Positions 41,232-50,271 are shown, counted from the first letter of the stretch. The stretch is DNA of 64,000 bases from Bacteroidales bacterium (GCA_022772475.1 JALEZQ010000014.1:8004-72003); one strand, 5' to 3'. A program made the numbers and translations. The notes: generated from the letters alone by a model not told the origin.

Positions 41232-41299
41232 CCGAACGGCCCTGAACGTCCCGAGAGGGGGCCAAACAGAAAAAAGGCCCCCGAAAGGGATGGGAAGGG
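41232..41299 (+). other. conserved 3' element with hairpin downstream of CLec gene 2
   Basis: ccgaacggccctgaacgtcccgagagggggcc-aaacagaaaaaa-ggcccccgaaagggat. Confidence 0.75.
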
Positions 41300-41667
41300 A
41301 CGGGAGGCGCGGGAAAGGATGAGTAGCAACCCCGCTCCCGCCAAAACGAAGTAACGGCAGGATAAGTACTCATACATAAAAGTCAGGCGCCCCCGCATAG
41401 GGACGTCTGGCTTTTTTTATTCGCACAGCCACGGAGAAATGGACCATCATGCCACACCGCCATTTTGCATCCTTCGCAAGGGGTGGATGTCTGTTTTGTT
41501 ATGTCCATTGACGGCACCATGCGCGATGAATGAGCGAACACAATGGGCGATAGAATACGCATTGAAGCTGCGGCGGGGCACCGCCTACCGCATACCCCTC
41601 GCTCACCCACAATGGAAACTCCGCCACGCTAACCCATGTTATTTCCGGAAAGTCGGGGAAAAGGGCC

Positions 41668-41742
41668 ATTTGCATTTCGGCATTTTCTGTTGTATCTTTG
41701 CAAAAGCCAATGTGAAGGTCTCCCTCCCGGAGGCCTTTTTTT
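41668..41742 (+). promoter_or_regulatory. promoter plus immediate terminator (candidate tiny RNA), module copy 2
   Basis: atttgcatttcggc-N7-gttgtatctttgca, then aaggtctcc-ctccc-ggaggcctt-ttttt. Confidence 0.55.
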
Positions 41743-41762
41743 CGCCCCCAAAGGCGGGTTTA

Positions 41763-41819
41763 CGGTTTGGGCGACCGTAAAAACCGTCGCCCAAACCGTA
41801 AATTCTGTCGCCCAAACCG
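41763..41819. repeat. triple CNGT-N7-ACNG array (21-bp period)
   Basis: cggtttgggcgaccg-N6-ccgtcgcccaaaccg-N6-ctgtcgcccaaaccg. Confidence 0.85.
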
Positions 41820-42016
41820 TGTTTCGCGTAGCGCAGGTTGTGCTTACGGAGGCCCGCAGGTGCGCCCTTGTCACCTACCCGCCGTTAAACTTTCCTAAAA
41901 TCCTCTCCGGCAAATCGGGCCGGGATAGAAAACGCTCGTACAAGACGTGAAGTGACGGAAGGGATGTTTGGCGGCGTCAGCGTACCGAAATCACTTTATG
42001 CGATGCTCTGAATAGA

Positions 42017-42065
42017 ATAAAACCGAGGGTGTGCCGAACATGCGTTGTGTCGGCACACCCTCGGT
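42017..42065 (-). terminator. gcv operon terminator
   Basis: accgagggtgtgccga-N12-tcggcacaccctcggt, followed by tttatt on the minus strand. Confidence 0.75.
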
Positions 42066-42101
42066 GGGGTTTAGAGTGAATAGGTCGTGCTGCTTATGGC
42101 G

Positions 42102-43583
42102 TCAGGCTTCGGGCTGATAGACGAATTTGCCCGCCTTGACGGCCAGCACGTCGTCGGGGCGACGGATGGGCGTGTGGTGCGGCGCCGCCTTGACCATGGC
42201 GGGGTCGGCCTTCGCCTCTTCGGCAATCTGCCGGAGGGTGGCGATGAAGGTGTCGAGCGTTTCCTTGCTCTCCGTCTCGGTAGGTTCGATCATGAGCGAC
42301 TCGTGGAAGAGCAGGGGGAAGTAGATGGTCGGGGCATGGAAACCGAAGTCGAGCAGGCGCTTGGCCACGTCGAGGGTGGTGACGTGTGCCGGGTCGCTGT
42401 GCTCGCCGCCATATTCGGGACGCAGGCCGTCGAAGACAAACTCGTGCTTGCACAGGCCGTCGATAGGCAGTTTGTAGCAGTCTTTGAGGCACTCCTTAAT
42501 ATAGTTGGCGCCCAGAACCGCCAGTCGACCCACCTGACCGACGTGCTCGCGGCCCAGCGTGAGGAGGTAGGCGTAGGCGCGGACGATGATGCCGAAGTTG
42601 CCCAGCCACGATGAGATGCGGCCCAGCGCTTCGGGACATTCGGCCATGGTGAACGTGCCGTCGTCGCGGCGCAGGACGCGCGGGTTGGGCAGGAACTGCT
42701 CCAGACCGCTGCGCACGCCCACGGGACCGCTGCCCGGGCCACCGCCGCCATGCGGCGTGGAGAACGTCTTGTGGAGGTTGATGTGCATCACGTCGAAGCC
42801 CATGTCGCCTGGGCGGCATACGCCGAGGATGGGGTTGAAGTTGGCGCCGTCGTAGTACATCAGGCCGCCGCATTCGTGCACCATGCGGGCAATCTCGGGG
42901 ATGTGTGTCTCGAAGATGCCCAGCGTGTTGGGGTTGGTCATCATCATGCCCGCGATGTCCGGGCCGAGGACGCTGCGCAGGCTGTCCAGATCGACCGTGC
43001 CCTCGGGCGTGCTCTTCACCTGCACAATCTTCAGGCCGGCGACAGCGGCCGAGGCCGGATTGGTGCCGTGGGCCGAGTCGGGGACGATGATTTTGGTGCG
43101 CTGTACGTCGCCGCGCGAGCGGTGGTAGGCGCGGATGACCATCAGGCCCGTCAACTCGCCGTGGGCGCCGGCGTAGGGGTTGATGGTAAACTCGGCCAGG
43201 CCCGTCAGTTCGGAGAGGATGCGTCCCGTCTCATAGTAGAGGCGCAGGGCACCCTGCAGGTTGGCATCGCCGGCGGCGGGGTGGGGCTGCGTGAATCCCG
43301 GCAGCGCCGCCACCTCCTCGTTGATTTTGGGGTTGTACTTCATCGTGCAACTGCCCAGAGGGTAGAAGCCCGTATCGACGCCGAAGTTGTTGTTAGACAT
43401 GTTGGTGTAGTGGCGTGCCACCGTCTGTTCGTCCGCCTCGGGTAGCGCCGCCGGTGTGGTGCGCTGCAGGTGGGCGGGAATCGGCGTGTGGTGCGCGGCC
43501 CAGGGGTTTGCCGGAAGGCTGTAACCCCGACGGCCCTCTTTCGAGAGTTCGAATATCAGTTTGCCGTAATAAGTGTTGTTCAT
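42102..43583 (-). CDS. gcvPB: glycine dehydrogenase subunit 2 (P protein beta)
   Basis: YPLGSCTMKYNP, SAHGTNPAS, HINLHKTFSTPHGGGGPG. Confidence 0.95.
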   Translation of the reverse strand: MNNTYYGKLIFELSKEGRRGYSLPANPWAAHHTPIPAHLQRTTPAALPEADEQTVARHYTNMSNNNFGVDTGFYPLGSCTMKYNPKINEEVAALPGFTQPHPAAGDANLQGALRLYYETGRILSELTGLAEFTINPYAGAHGELTGLMVIRAYHRSRGDVQRTKIIVPDSAHGTNPASAAVAGLKIVQVKSTPEGTVDLDSLRSVLGPDIAGMMMTNPNTLGIFETHIPEIARMVHECGGLMYYDGANFNPILGVCRPGDMGFDVMHINLHKTFSTPHGGGGPGSGPVGVRSGLEQFLPNPRVLRRDDGTFTMAECPEALGRISSWLGNFGIIVRAYAYLLTLGREHVGQVGRLAVLGANYIKECLKDCYKLPIDGLCKHEFVFDGLRPEYGGEHSDPAHVTTLDVAKRLLDFGFHAPTIYFPLLFHESLMIEPTETESKETLDTFIATLRQIAEEAKADPAMVKAAPHHTPIRRPDDVLAVKAGKFVYQPEA

Positions 43584-43615
43584 GGCAGGATGAGTGTGGG
43601 AAGGTCAGGGAAACA

Positions 43616-44977
43616 TTATTGATTTGTGCCGCAGCCGGCCTGGCATACTTCGGCAAACGCCTTTACCAGTGCGTCCACCTCGTCCGGCGTGCGCTGCTCG
43701 GTGACGGCGAGCGTCAGCATGGTGCCGTCGGCGCCGGCGATGCCCGCCAGGAAACCGCGGTCGGCCATGTCGGCCATGACGTCGGCCAAGGGGCGGCAGC
43801 CCGTGTAGCAGAGGGTGAACTCGTTGAGGAAGGCGCTCTCGGGGAAAGCCTGCTCGAAGCACGGCAGAGCCGCCAGACGCTGGCACAGACAGTGGGCACC
43901 GTCGGCCGACGTCTGTTCCGTCTCGGCCAGACCCGCCTGTCCCATCAGTGCCAGGTAGATGGCCACGTGGAGGCACATGATGCCCTGCGCGGTACAGATG
44001 TTTGACGTGGCCTTCTCGCGGCGTATGTGCTGCTCGCGGGCCTGCAGCGTCAGGACGAAGCAGCGGTTGCCGGCGGCATCGACCGTCTGTCCGACAAGGC
44101 GTCCGGGCATCTTGCGCACCAGGGCGTTGGTGGTGCAGAGGTAGCCGATGTAGGGACCGCCACAGCCCATGTCGATGCCCAGGCTCTGGGCGTCGCCACA
44201 GGCAATGTCGGCACCCCATTCGCCCGGACTCTTCAGCAGGGCCAGATGGCTTGCTACGCTGTTGATCGCCAGCAGGGCACCGGCGGCGTGGCACGCGTCG
44301 GCCAGACCCGTCAGGTCCTCGATGAGGCCGTAGCGGTTGGTCAGCGGCACAATGACGCCCGCCACGTCGGCAGCGGCGAGGGCGGCGTTGATGGCCTCAC
44401 GGCAGGTCAGACCATGGGTGTCGGGGCCCACCTCGCAGAGGGTGACGCCATGGTAGTCGGCATAGGTGCGGACCACGTCGAGCACCTCGGGAAAGAGCGT
44501 CTGCGAGACAACGACGCGGTGGCGCTTGCCCTTGGCTGAGGCCACACACATCATCATGGCTTCGGCCGTGGCCGTGGCGCCGTCGTACATCGATGCGTTC
44601 GACACGTCCATGCCCGTGAGGCGCGCCATCATCGTCTGGTATTCAAAGATGTACTGCAGTGTGCCCTGCGAAATCTCCGCCTGGTAGGGCGTGTAGGACG
44701 TGGAAAACTCGGAGCGCTGGCACAGGTAGCCCACCATCGAGGGGACGTAGCGGTCATATACGCCGCCGCCGGCGAAGCAGCACAGCGGACGGTTTTCGGC
44801 AGCCATGGCGCCGATGGTGCGGCGCACCTCCATCTCGGTCTGGGCATGCGGTATCTGTAGTTCGCCCTTGAGTTTCAGTTCCTCGGGAATCTCGGCGAAG
44901 AGGTCGTCCAGATTCTGCACACCGATGCGCTCCAGCATGGCGCGGATGTCCTCAGGGGTTTGGGGAAAGTATTTCAT
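43616..44977 (-). CDS. gcvPA: glycine dehydrogenase subunit 1 (P protein alpha)
   Basis: YTPYQAEISQG, NASMYDG, REQHIRREKATSNICT. Confidence 0.95.
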   Translation of the reverse strand: MKYFPQTPEDIRAMLERIGVQNLDDLFAEIPEELKLKGELQIPHAQTEMEVRRTIGAMAAENRPLCCFAGGGVYDRYVPSMVGYLCQRSEFSTSYTPYQAEISQGTLQYIFEYQTMMARLTGMDVSNASMYDGATATAEAMMMCVASAKGKRHRVVVSQTLFPEVLDVVRTYADYHGVTLCEVGPDTHGLTCREAINAALAAADVAGVIVPLTNRYGLIEDLTGLADACHAAGALLAINSVASHLALLKSPGEWGADIACGDAQSLGIDMGCGGPYIGYLCTTNALVRKMPGRLVGQTVDAAGNRCFVLTLQAREQHIRREKATSNICTAQGIMCLHVAIYLALMGQAGLAETEQTSADGAHCLCQRLAALPCFEQAFPESAFLNEFTLCYTGCRPLADVMADMADRGFLAGIAGADGTMLTLAVTEQRTPDEVDALVKAFAEVCQAGCGTNQ

Positions 44978-45001
44978 GGTGTTGTCAAGACAAAGGATAA
45001 A

Positions 45002-45048
45002 CAAAAGGGGAGAGAAGGCTTGGGAACGGCGTCCCGGCCTTCTCTCCC
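45002..45048 (-). terminator. intra-operon hairpin-U between gcvH and gcvPA
   Basis: Minus strand gggagagaaggc...gccttctctccc-cttttgttt. Confidence 0.65.
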
Positions 45049-45062
45049 GTGAGGGATGGACT

Positions 45063-45443
45063 TTACTCTGCGCAGGCGGCGGTGTAGGCAGCGGCGTCCA
45101 TGAGGGCGTCCAGTTCGGCGCTGTCGCTGAGTTTCACCTTGATAATCCAGTTGGCAAAGGCATCCTCGTTGACCAGTTCGGGCGTGTCTTCGAGCGCCGT
45201 GTTGACCTCGACCACCTCACCGCTGACGGGCGAGATAAGGTCGCTGGCAGCCTTTACACTCTCGACGGCACCGAAAGGTTCGCCGGCCGTCACCTCGTCG
45301 CCTTCGCCCGGCATATCTACATAGACAACGTTGCCGAGCTGGCTCTGGGCGAAATCGGTGATGCCGATATAGCCATACTCGCCTTCAACTTTCACATATT
45401 CGTGGCTCTCGCTGTAGTAGAGCCCTTCAATAACTTTTGACAT
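45063..45443 (-). CDS. gcvH: glycine cleavage H protein
   Basis: GITDFAQSQLG and VESVKAAS lipoyl-lysine motif. Confidence 0.95.
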   Translation of the reverse strand: MSKVIEGLYYSESHEYVKVEGEYGYIGITDFAQSQLGNVVYVDMPGEGDEVTAGEPFGAVESVKAASDLISPVSGEVVEVNTALEDTPELVNEDAFANWIIKVKLSDSAELDALMDAAAYTAACAE

Positions 45444-45476
45444 GGTAAATGGAGATTTTAAGGATGTGAGAAAGAG

Positions 45477-46565
45477 TTATTTCTTGTAGTGCTTGTCGTA
45501 GAATTTCTTCTTGACCACCGTGCCGCGGTGCAGACGGCGGTGTATGCAGATGTCGAGCGGCGTGCCGAGTTTGGCCCATGCGGCATCGACGAGCGCCATG
45601 CAGACGCTCTGGCCCGTAGAGATGGAGCGGTAGCCGGTGGTGACCTCGCCCACCTTCTGTCCGTCGGCCATCACCTCGTAGCCGTGGCGGGGGATGGCGT
45701 GGCCCTCGAGGGCGATGCCCACAATTTTGCGTACCGGGCCCTCAGCCTTCTGTGCGGCCACAGCCTCGCGGCCGATGAAGGACGGCTTGTCCAGTTTGAC
45801 GAAGATGCCCAGTCCCGCCATGATGGGCGAAATCTCGGCCGAGAGTTCGTCACCGTAGAGCGGCAGGCCCACCTCGAAGCGCAGTGTGTCGCGGCAGCCC
45901 AGACCGCAGGGCTTGCAGCGGCCGCTGGCCATGAGTTTGTCCCAGCAGGCCACAATCCACGCGTGCGGACCGTAAATCTCGAAGCCGTCTTCGCCCGTAT
46001 AGCCCGTGCGGCTGATGACCACCTGCACGCCGTCGGCCACGTCCACCTTGAAGGTGTAGAACGCCAGGTCGGCACAGTCGAGACCCAGTACCTCGGTGGT
46101 CACCGCTTCGGCCTGCGGACCCTGGATGGCCAACTGGCCGCAGACGTCGCTCTTGTTTTCCAAGCAGACGTCGAACGAGCCCTGCTGGGCCTGCATCCAG
46201 GCAAAGTCCTTGTCGATGTTGGCCGCGTTGATGACCAGCAGATACTTGTTGTCGCCCAGGCAATAGACCAGAAGGTCGTCCACCGTTCCGCCGTCCTCAT
46301 AGAGCATCATGCCGTAGAAGATTTTGCCCTTCGGGGCACCCGCTACGTCGTTGGTGAAGATATGCTGCACGTAGGCTTCGGCATCAGGGCCGGTGACGAC
46401 CACCTCGCCCATGTGGCTGACGTCGAAGACGCCGCAGGCCGTGCGCACGGCGTTGTGCTCTTCGGTGATGCCCTCATACTGCAGAGGCATCTCAAATCCG
46501 CCGAAAGGCACCATCTTGGCGCCGGCAGCAACGTGCTTGTCGTAAAGACAGGTTCTTTTTTCCAT
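45477..46565 (-). CDS. gcvT: glycine cleavage T protein (aminomethyltransferase)
   Basis: [29 protein letters not shown]. Confidence 0.95.
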   Translation of the reverse strand: MEKRTCLYDKHVAAGAKMVPFGGFEMPLQYEGITEEHNAVRTACGVFDVSHMGEVVVTGPDAEAYVQHIFTNDVAGAPKGKIFYGMMLYEDGGTVDDLLVYCLGDNKYLLVINAANIDKDFAWMQAQQGSFDVCLENKSDVCGQLAIQGPQAEAVTTEVLGLDCADLAFYTFKVDVADGVQVVISRTGYTGEDGFEIYGPHAWIVACWDKLMASGRCKPCGLGCRDTLRFEVGLPLYGDELSAEISPIMAGLGIFVKLDKPSFIGREAVAAQKAEGPVRKIVGIALEGHAIPRHGYEVMADGQKVGEVTTGYRSISTGQSVCMALVDAAWAKLGTPLDICIHRRLHRGTVVKKKFYDKHYKK

Positions 46566-46623
46566 AGGTATATCAGAATTGGATAAGGTTGTGTGACAAA
46601 GGATAGGGAGTGGGGCGGCGGCG

Positions 46624-47676
46624 TCATTGCGGCCAACCGTCGGCCACAAAGCGCTGCAGCACCTCCGCCGTCAGTCCGCGGATGCTCGTCTCGGGGTGGT
46701 GCTGAGCCAGAGCCTTAAGGACCTCCGCTCTGCCTGCCGGCACATGGACGAGCGCTGCGGCAAAGGCCGCTTCGGCGTCGGCCAGCGGGAAGAAGTCGCC
46801 CGAGAGGCGGACGCCGGCGATGTGCTGATTTCTGACCTCAAGGTGCAGGGTCAGTTTGCCCATGCCCTCCACGCGTCCCGAGTGCAGGGCGATGGCCTCG
46901 GTGGGCAGTCCCTCGTCCGCGTCGAGCCATTCGGGCGCGTAGTAGGCCGCCTCAATCCGGCGGATGCGGGCTACGTCCTCGTCGGTGAGGTGCAGTTCGC
47001 GGTCCGTGAGCATCGATACCAACTTAAAGCGAAGCGCCTCGACGCCGATGGGCAGCACGTCCTTGATGAGCGACACGCGGCTGCGCACACTCTTGACGCC
47101 CTGCGCCGTCAGTTTGGCTTCGTCGGGGTGTAGCGCGCCCAGCATACGGCGGTAGTCGGTGTCGTAGAGCATGGTGCCGTGGACGATGTTGCGGTGCGCC
47201 TGATGGTAGAAGGCGTTGCCACAAATTTTGCCGCCGCCGTCCAGAATGATGTCGTTGCGTCCCGACACGCTGGCCGGTGCGCCGATGGCCGTGAGCGACT
47301 GCGCCACGGCGTGGGCATACTCCGCAAAGAGCGGTTCGACGGCACTCTCGCCCGTCACCAGACTGAACATGATGTTGCCCCCGTCGGCATAGATGCAGCC
47401 GCCCCCACTGCGGCGGCGCACCACATCGATGCCCTCGGCCTGGCAGAAGTCGAGGTCCACCTCATGGCGGGCCACCTGGTTGCGGCCCATGACGACGGTG
47501 GGGTTGAGCACCCACGAAAAGAAATAATGGTCTTCGGGAAAGGCGGTCGCCAGATACTCTTCGGTAGCCAGATAGAAAGGTGCCCGTTGGCGGCCGAGGC
47601 CATCAGGCAACACCACATGGCAGGCAGGAAAATGCTTCCCGTCTGGCGTCAAGACATGTTTAGCCGGTGTTTCCAT
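46624..47676 (-). CDS. lplA: lipoate-protein ligase
   Basis: GRNQ, RRRSGGGCIYAD, RND, KICGNA, HGTML, SVRSRV. Confidence 0.9.
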   Translation of the reverse strand: METPAKHVLTPDGKHFPACHVVLPDGLGRQRAPFYLATEEYLATAFPEDHYFFSWVLNPTVVMGRNQVARHEVDLDFCQAEGIDVVRRRSGGGCIYADGGNIMFSLVTGESAVEPLFAEYAHAVAQSLTAIGAPASVSGRNDIILDGGGKICGNAFYHQAHRNIVHGTMLYDTDYRRMLGALHPDEAKLTAQGVKSVRSRVSLIKDVLPIGVEALRFKLVSMLTDRELHLTDEDVARIRRIEAAYYAPEWLDADEGLPTEAIALHSGRVEGMGKLTLHLEVRNQHIAGVRLSGDFFPLADAEAAFAAALVHVPAGRAEVLKALAQHHPETSIRGLTAEVLQRFVADGWPQ

Positions 47677-47868
47677 ATAAAGATAAAGAAGCGTGCGCCG
47701 ATGTGCGCCCCACTAACACCGCCAAAAGTAGCAATTATTTTCAGAATAGCCCCTGCAAAAAGACTTAAAAAAACCATCGTCAATCTTTGACGATACGAAA
47801 TAAATCTCTACCTTTGCAGTCGATTACTTTCGGGCTCTGCCGCCGCGGCAGTATCCCGCATCCCCCAA

Positions 47869-47953
47869 GGAGAGATGGTAGAGTGGTCGATTACAGCAGT
47901 CTTGAAAACTGCCGCACTGAGAGGTGCCGGGGGTTCGAATCCCTCTCTCTCCG
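47869..47953 (+). tRNA. tRNA-Ser (TGA)
   Basis: GGAGAGA/TCTCTCC acceptor stem, gcagt-ctTGAaa-actgc, long variable arm, GTTCGAATCC; upstream TACCTTTG promoter. Confidence 0.95.
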
Positions 47954-47954
47954 C

Positions 47955-47988
47955 AAAACCCGCTGAATAAATCAGCGGGTTTTTATTT
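47955..47988 (+). terminator. tRNA terminator
   Basis: aaaacccgctga-ataaa-tcagcgggttttta. Confidence 0.8.
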
Positions 47989-48066
47989 TATAAGAAGTTT
48001 CCATCCCAATATCTGTCTGTTTTTTATTATTTTTACAAGACGTTAATGCCATATATATGATATACA

Positions 48067-49083
48067 ATGAGTCCATGTAACCTGACACAGCGACAGTATC
48101 TCTTGAATCAGTGCAGATACTATAACGGTGAGAGCGAACCGCCACGTTCGCTGCGGGAGGGGGATGCCCTGATGTGGAACTACGAATGCCGTTGGGTGCT
48201 GTGGTCTCTGAGGAACGATGCGACGATGGAGCAGTTTCAAAGAATGATTGAGGAGTTTCATCTGGAAAACAAGGATGGTGATAAGACGCCATTGACCATG
48301 AAAGCCCTTTTGCTTAACCGCTATCTGCATTGGGGTGGTGCGTACGCTCCCATAGAAGAGGCGTTGAACCACTTCGAGAAATGGTATAAGGATTACTATT
48401 TGGTACGGCCGACCAACGAAGAGCGGAAAGCCTATGCCAGTCCTATCTTCGGCATCAGCCGCCACCGTATGGGCGTGGATGGCAAAGGCGTGACCACTCT
48501 CGTAACGTTTATGGGCTGTCCGCTGAAATGCCGCTATTGTCTGAACGACCGGTGCCATGAGGACATCTATGAGGAAGACGGACAGACGTTGCGCCGTGGC
48601 CTACGGATGTTCACCCCACAGCAACTCTACGACAGCGTGAAGCAGGACAACATCTACTTCCAGGCAACTGGCGGAGGCATCTGCTTCGGTGGAGGAGAAC
48701 CGACCATGCAGGCATCGTTCATTATCACGTTTGCAAAACTCTGCCCGAAGAACTGGAAAATCACGCTGGAGACATCGCTGCATTGCTCACACAACACCAT
48801 CAAGGCTTTGGTCCCGTATGTGGACGAGTGGATCGTGGACATCAAGACCATGAACGCTGACATCTATAAGAGGTACACGGGCATAAACTCGGCTGTGCAT
48901 CAGCATCTGGAGTGTGCGAAGCAACTATTGTCACCCGATAAAGTGAAGATAAAGGTGCCGTATATCCCAGACTTTACCACCGACGAGGATGTCCGGGAAA
49001 GCATTAGGGAGCTTGGTGAGATGGGCTTTACCAACATCGTGGCATGTGATTATGTGAAACGGATTGTGTGTATGACCAAATAA
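48067..49083 (+). CDS. PflA-like radical SAM protein with an extra ~125-aa N-terminal domain
   Basis: DGKGVTTLVTFMGCPLKCRYC (CxxxCxxC), GGGEPT, ETSL, DIK; N-domain begins CRYYNGE. Confidence 0.85.
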   Translation: MSPCNLTQRQYLLNQCRYYNGESEPPRSLREGDALMWNYECRWVLWSLRNDATMEQFQRMIEEFHLENKDGDKTPLTMKALLLNRYLHWGGAYAPIEEALNHFEKWYKDYYLVRPTNEERKAYASPIFGISRHRMGVDGKGVTTLVTFMGCPLKCRYCLNDRCHEDIYEEDGQTLRRGLRMFTPQQLYDSVKQDNIYFQATGGGICFGGGEPTMQASFIITFAKLCPKNWKITLETSLHCSHNTIKALVPYVDEWIVDIKTMNADIYKRYTGINSAVHQHLECAKQLLSPDKVKIKVPYIPDFTTDEDVRESIRELGEMGFTNIVACDYVKRIVCMTK

Positions 49084-49098
49084 TACGATATAGACAGC

Positions 49099-50271
49099 AT
49101 GAATGATATGGAAAAAGGAAAAGAGAAGTGTGAGATATTGAAAACCATCCGCGCTTATGTCGCTGAAAAATATGGCTTGGCGTATGCTGCCACAGAGTGT
49201 AACCATCAAGGGGATTGCCCTGGCACATGCCCCAAGTGCGATGCCGAGCTGGCCGACCTTCAGCGCCAATTAGTGGAACATGGCATTACCGAGATTACTC
49301 AGGACAAGACGTTGAGCGATATGGTGGAGAACTATATCAACACCTTACGCCAAGACAAGAACGAGCAACAGCCTTTGGGTGGAATACCTGAGCCCCTTGA
49401 TAAGATATTAGAGGGAATGCCGGCACCGACTGTGCCCATGGAAGGAGACATCTCGTTACCTCCCATCCCCCCTGAGCCCGAATACGAGCGGAAGGTTATT
49501 TTGGAGTGCCCCGTAGCGGGTATAGGCTTCCATGATATCGAAGAAATTTGGGACGAACTGTATGTGGGTGCCAAACTTGCATTGGTGCGAGAACCGAAGA
49601 ATAAATACGACAAGAATGCCGTGGCCGTGGCGTTGGTTGCCGACTATGATGAAGATTTCCAGGACTTCGACTTCATCTTAGGCTATATCCCGCGCAAGAA
49701 CAATGCCATAATAGCTGCTATGCTCGACATGGGTTGGCAGGAGATGCTGGAAGCGGAAATCACGGAGTTGAAAGACCATGCTCCCTATAGTGATAAGATG
49801 CACATTGCCGTCTATGTCCGCAGTAAAGAGCCCATCCGACCTAAAGATGACCGTCTGCATATCTTTGATTTTGACGATCAAGACTGGGAAGCTTTCACAG
49901 AGGAGTTGTGGCAGAAAGGCTACACCTACCGGCGTTGGGGCCAATGCCTGCCTGATGTCACCGACCTCCCCAAAGAGGGTGATATGGTCGTGTTTATCTA
50001 TCCCGAAGATGACCAGAGTGTGCTCTACCTGATGAAGGTCGTTGCCGAGGGTGAAGAACAAGTGCGGCCCATCCTCACTCATGGCGAAGACCTAAACGAA
50101 CTGGTTGACGACTGCTGCCCCTACGTGCTGACTGCCCTCAAAGGCCCAATGACGCTCACCTCCGACGAACTGAGTTTCCTTGGCACACCATGGAAAGGAC
50201 ATTGTCGTCCGGACTTCAAAATGGAGAAAGAGGTTTCAGATAAATGGCTAACGTTATTTCAAGGGAAATAA
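49099..50271 (+). CDS. protein with Cys-rich N-terminal domain, Gly/Pro motifs, HIRAN-like domain and an unknown C-terminal domain
   Basis: CEILK...ECNHQGDCPGTCPKCDAE; VAGIGFH...LVREPKNKYDKNAVAV...LGYIPR is the HIRAN signature. Confidence 0.75.
   Translation: MNDMEKGKEKCEILKTIRAYVAEKYGLAYAATECNHQGDCPGTCPKCDAELADLQRQLVEHGITEITQDKTLSDMVENYINTLRQDKNEQQPLGGIPEPLDKILEGMPAPTVPMEGDISLPPIPPEPEYERKVILECPVAGIGFHDIEEIWDELYVGAKLALVREPKNKYDKNAVAVALVADYDEDFQDFDFILGYIPRKNNAIIAAMLDMGWQEMLEAEITELKDHAPYSDKMHIAVYVRSKEPIRPKDDRLHIFDFDDQDWEAFTEELWQKGYTYRRWGQCLPDVTDLPKEGDMVVFIYPEDDQSVLYLMKVVAEGEEQVRPILTHGEDLNELVDDCCPYVLTALKGPMTLTSDELSFLGTPWKGHCRPDFKMEKEVSDKWLTLFQGK

Noticed and set aside
48067-49083. Radical SAM as anSME or a second true PflA
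   Set aside because: There is no SPASM cysteine cluster, the DGxGxR arginine is replaced, and a canonical pflA exists at 28153.
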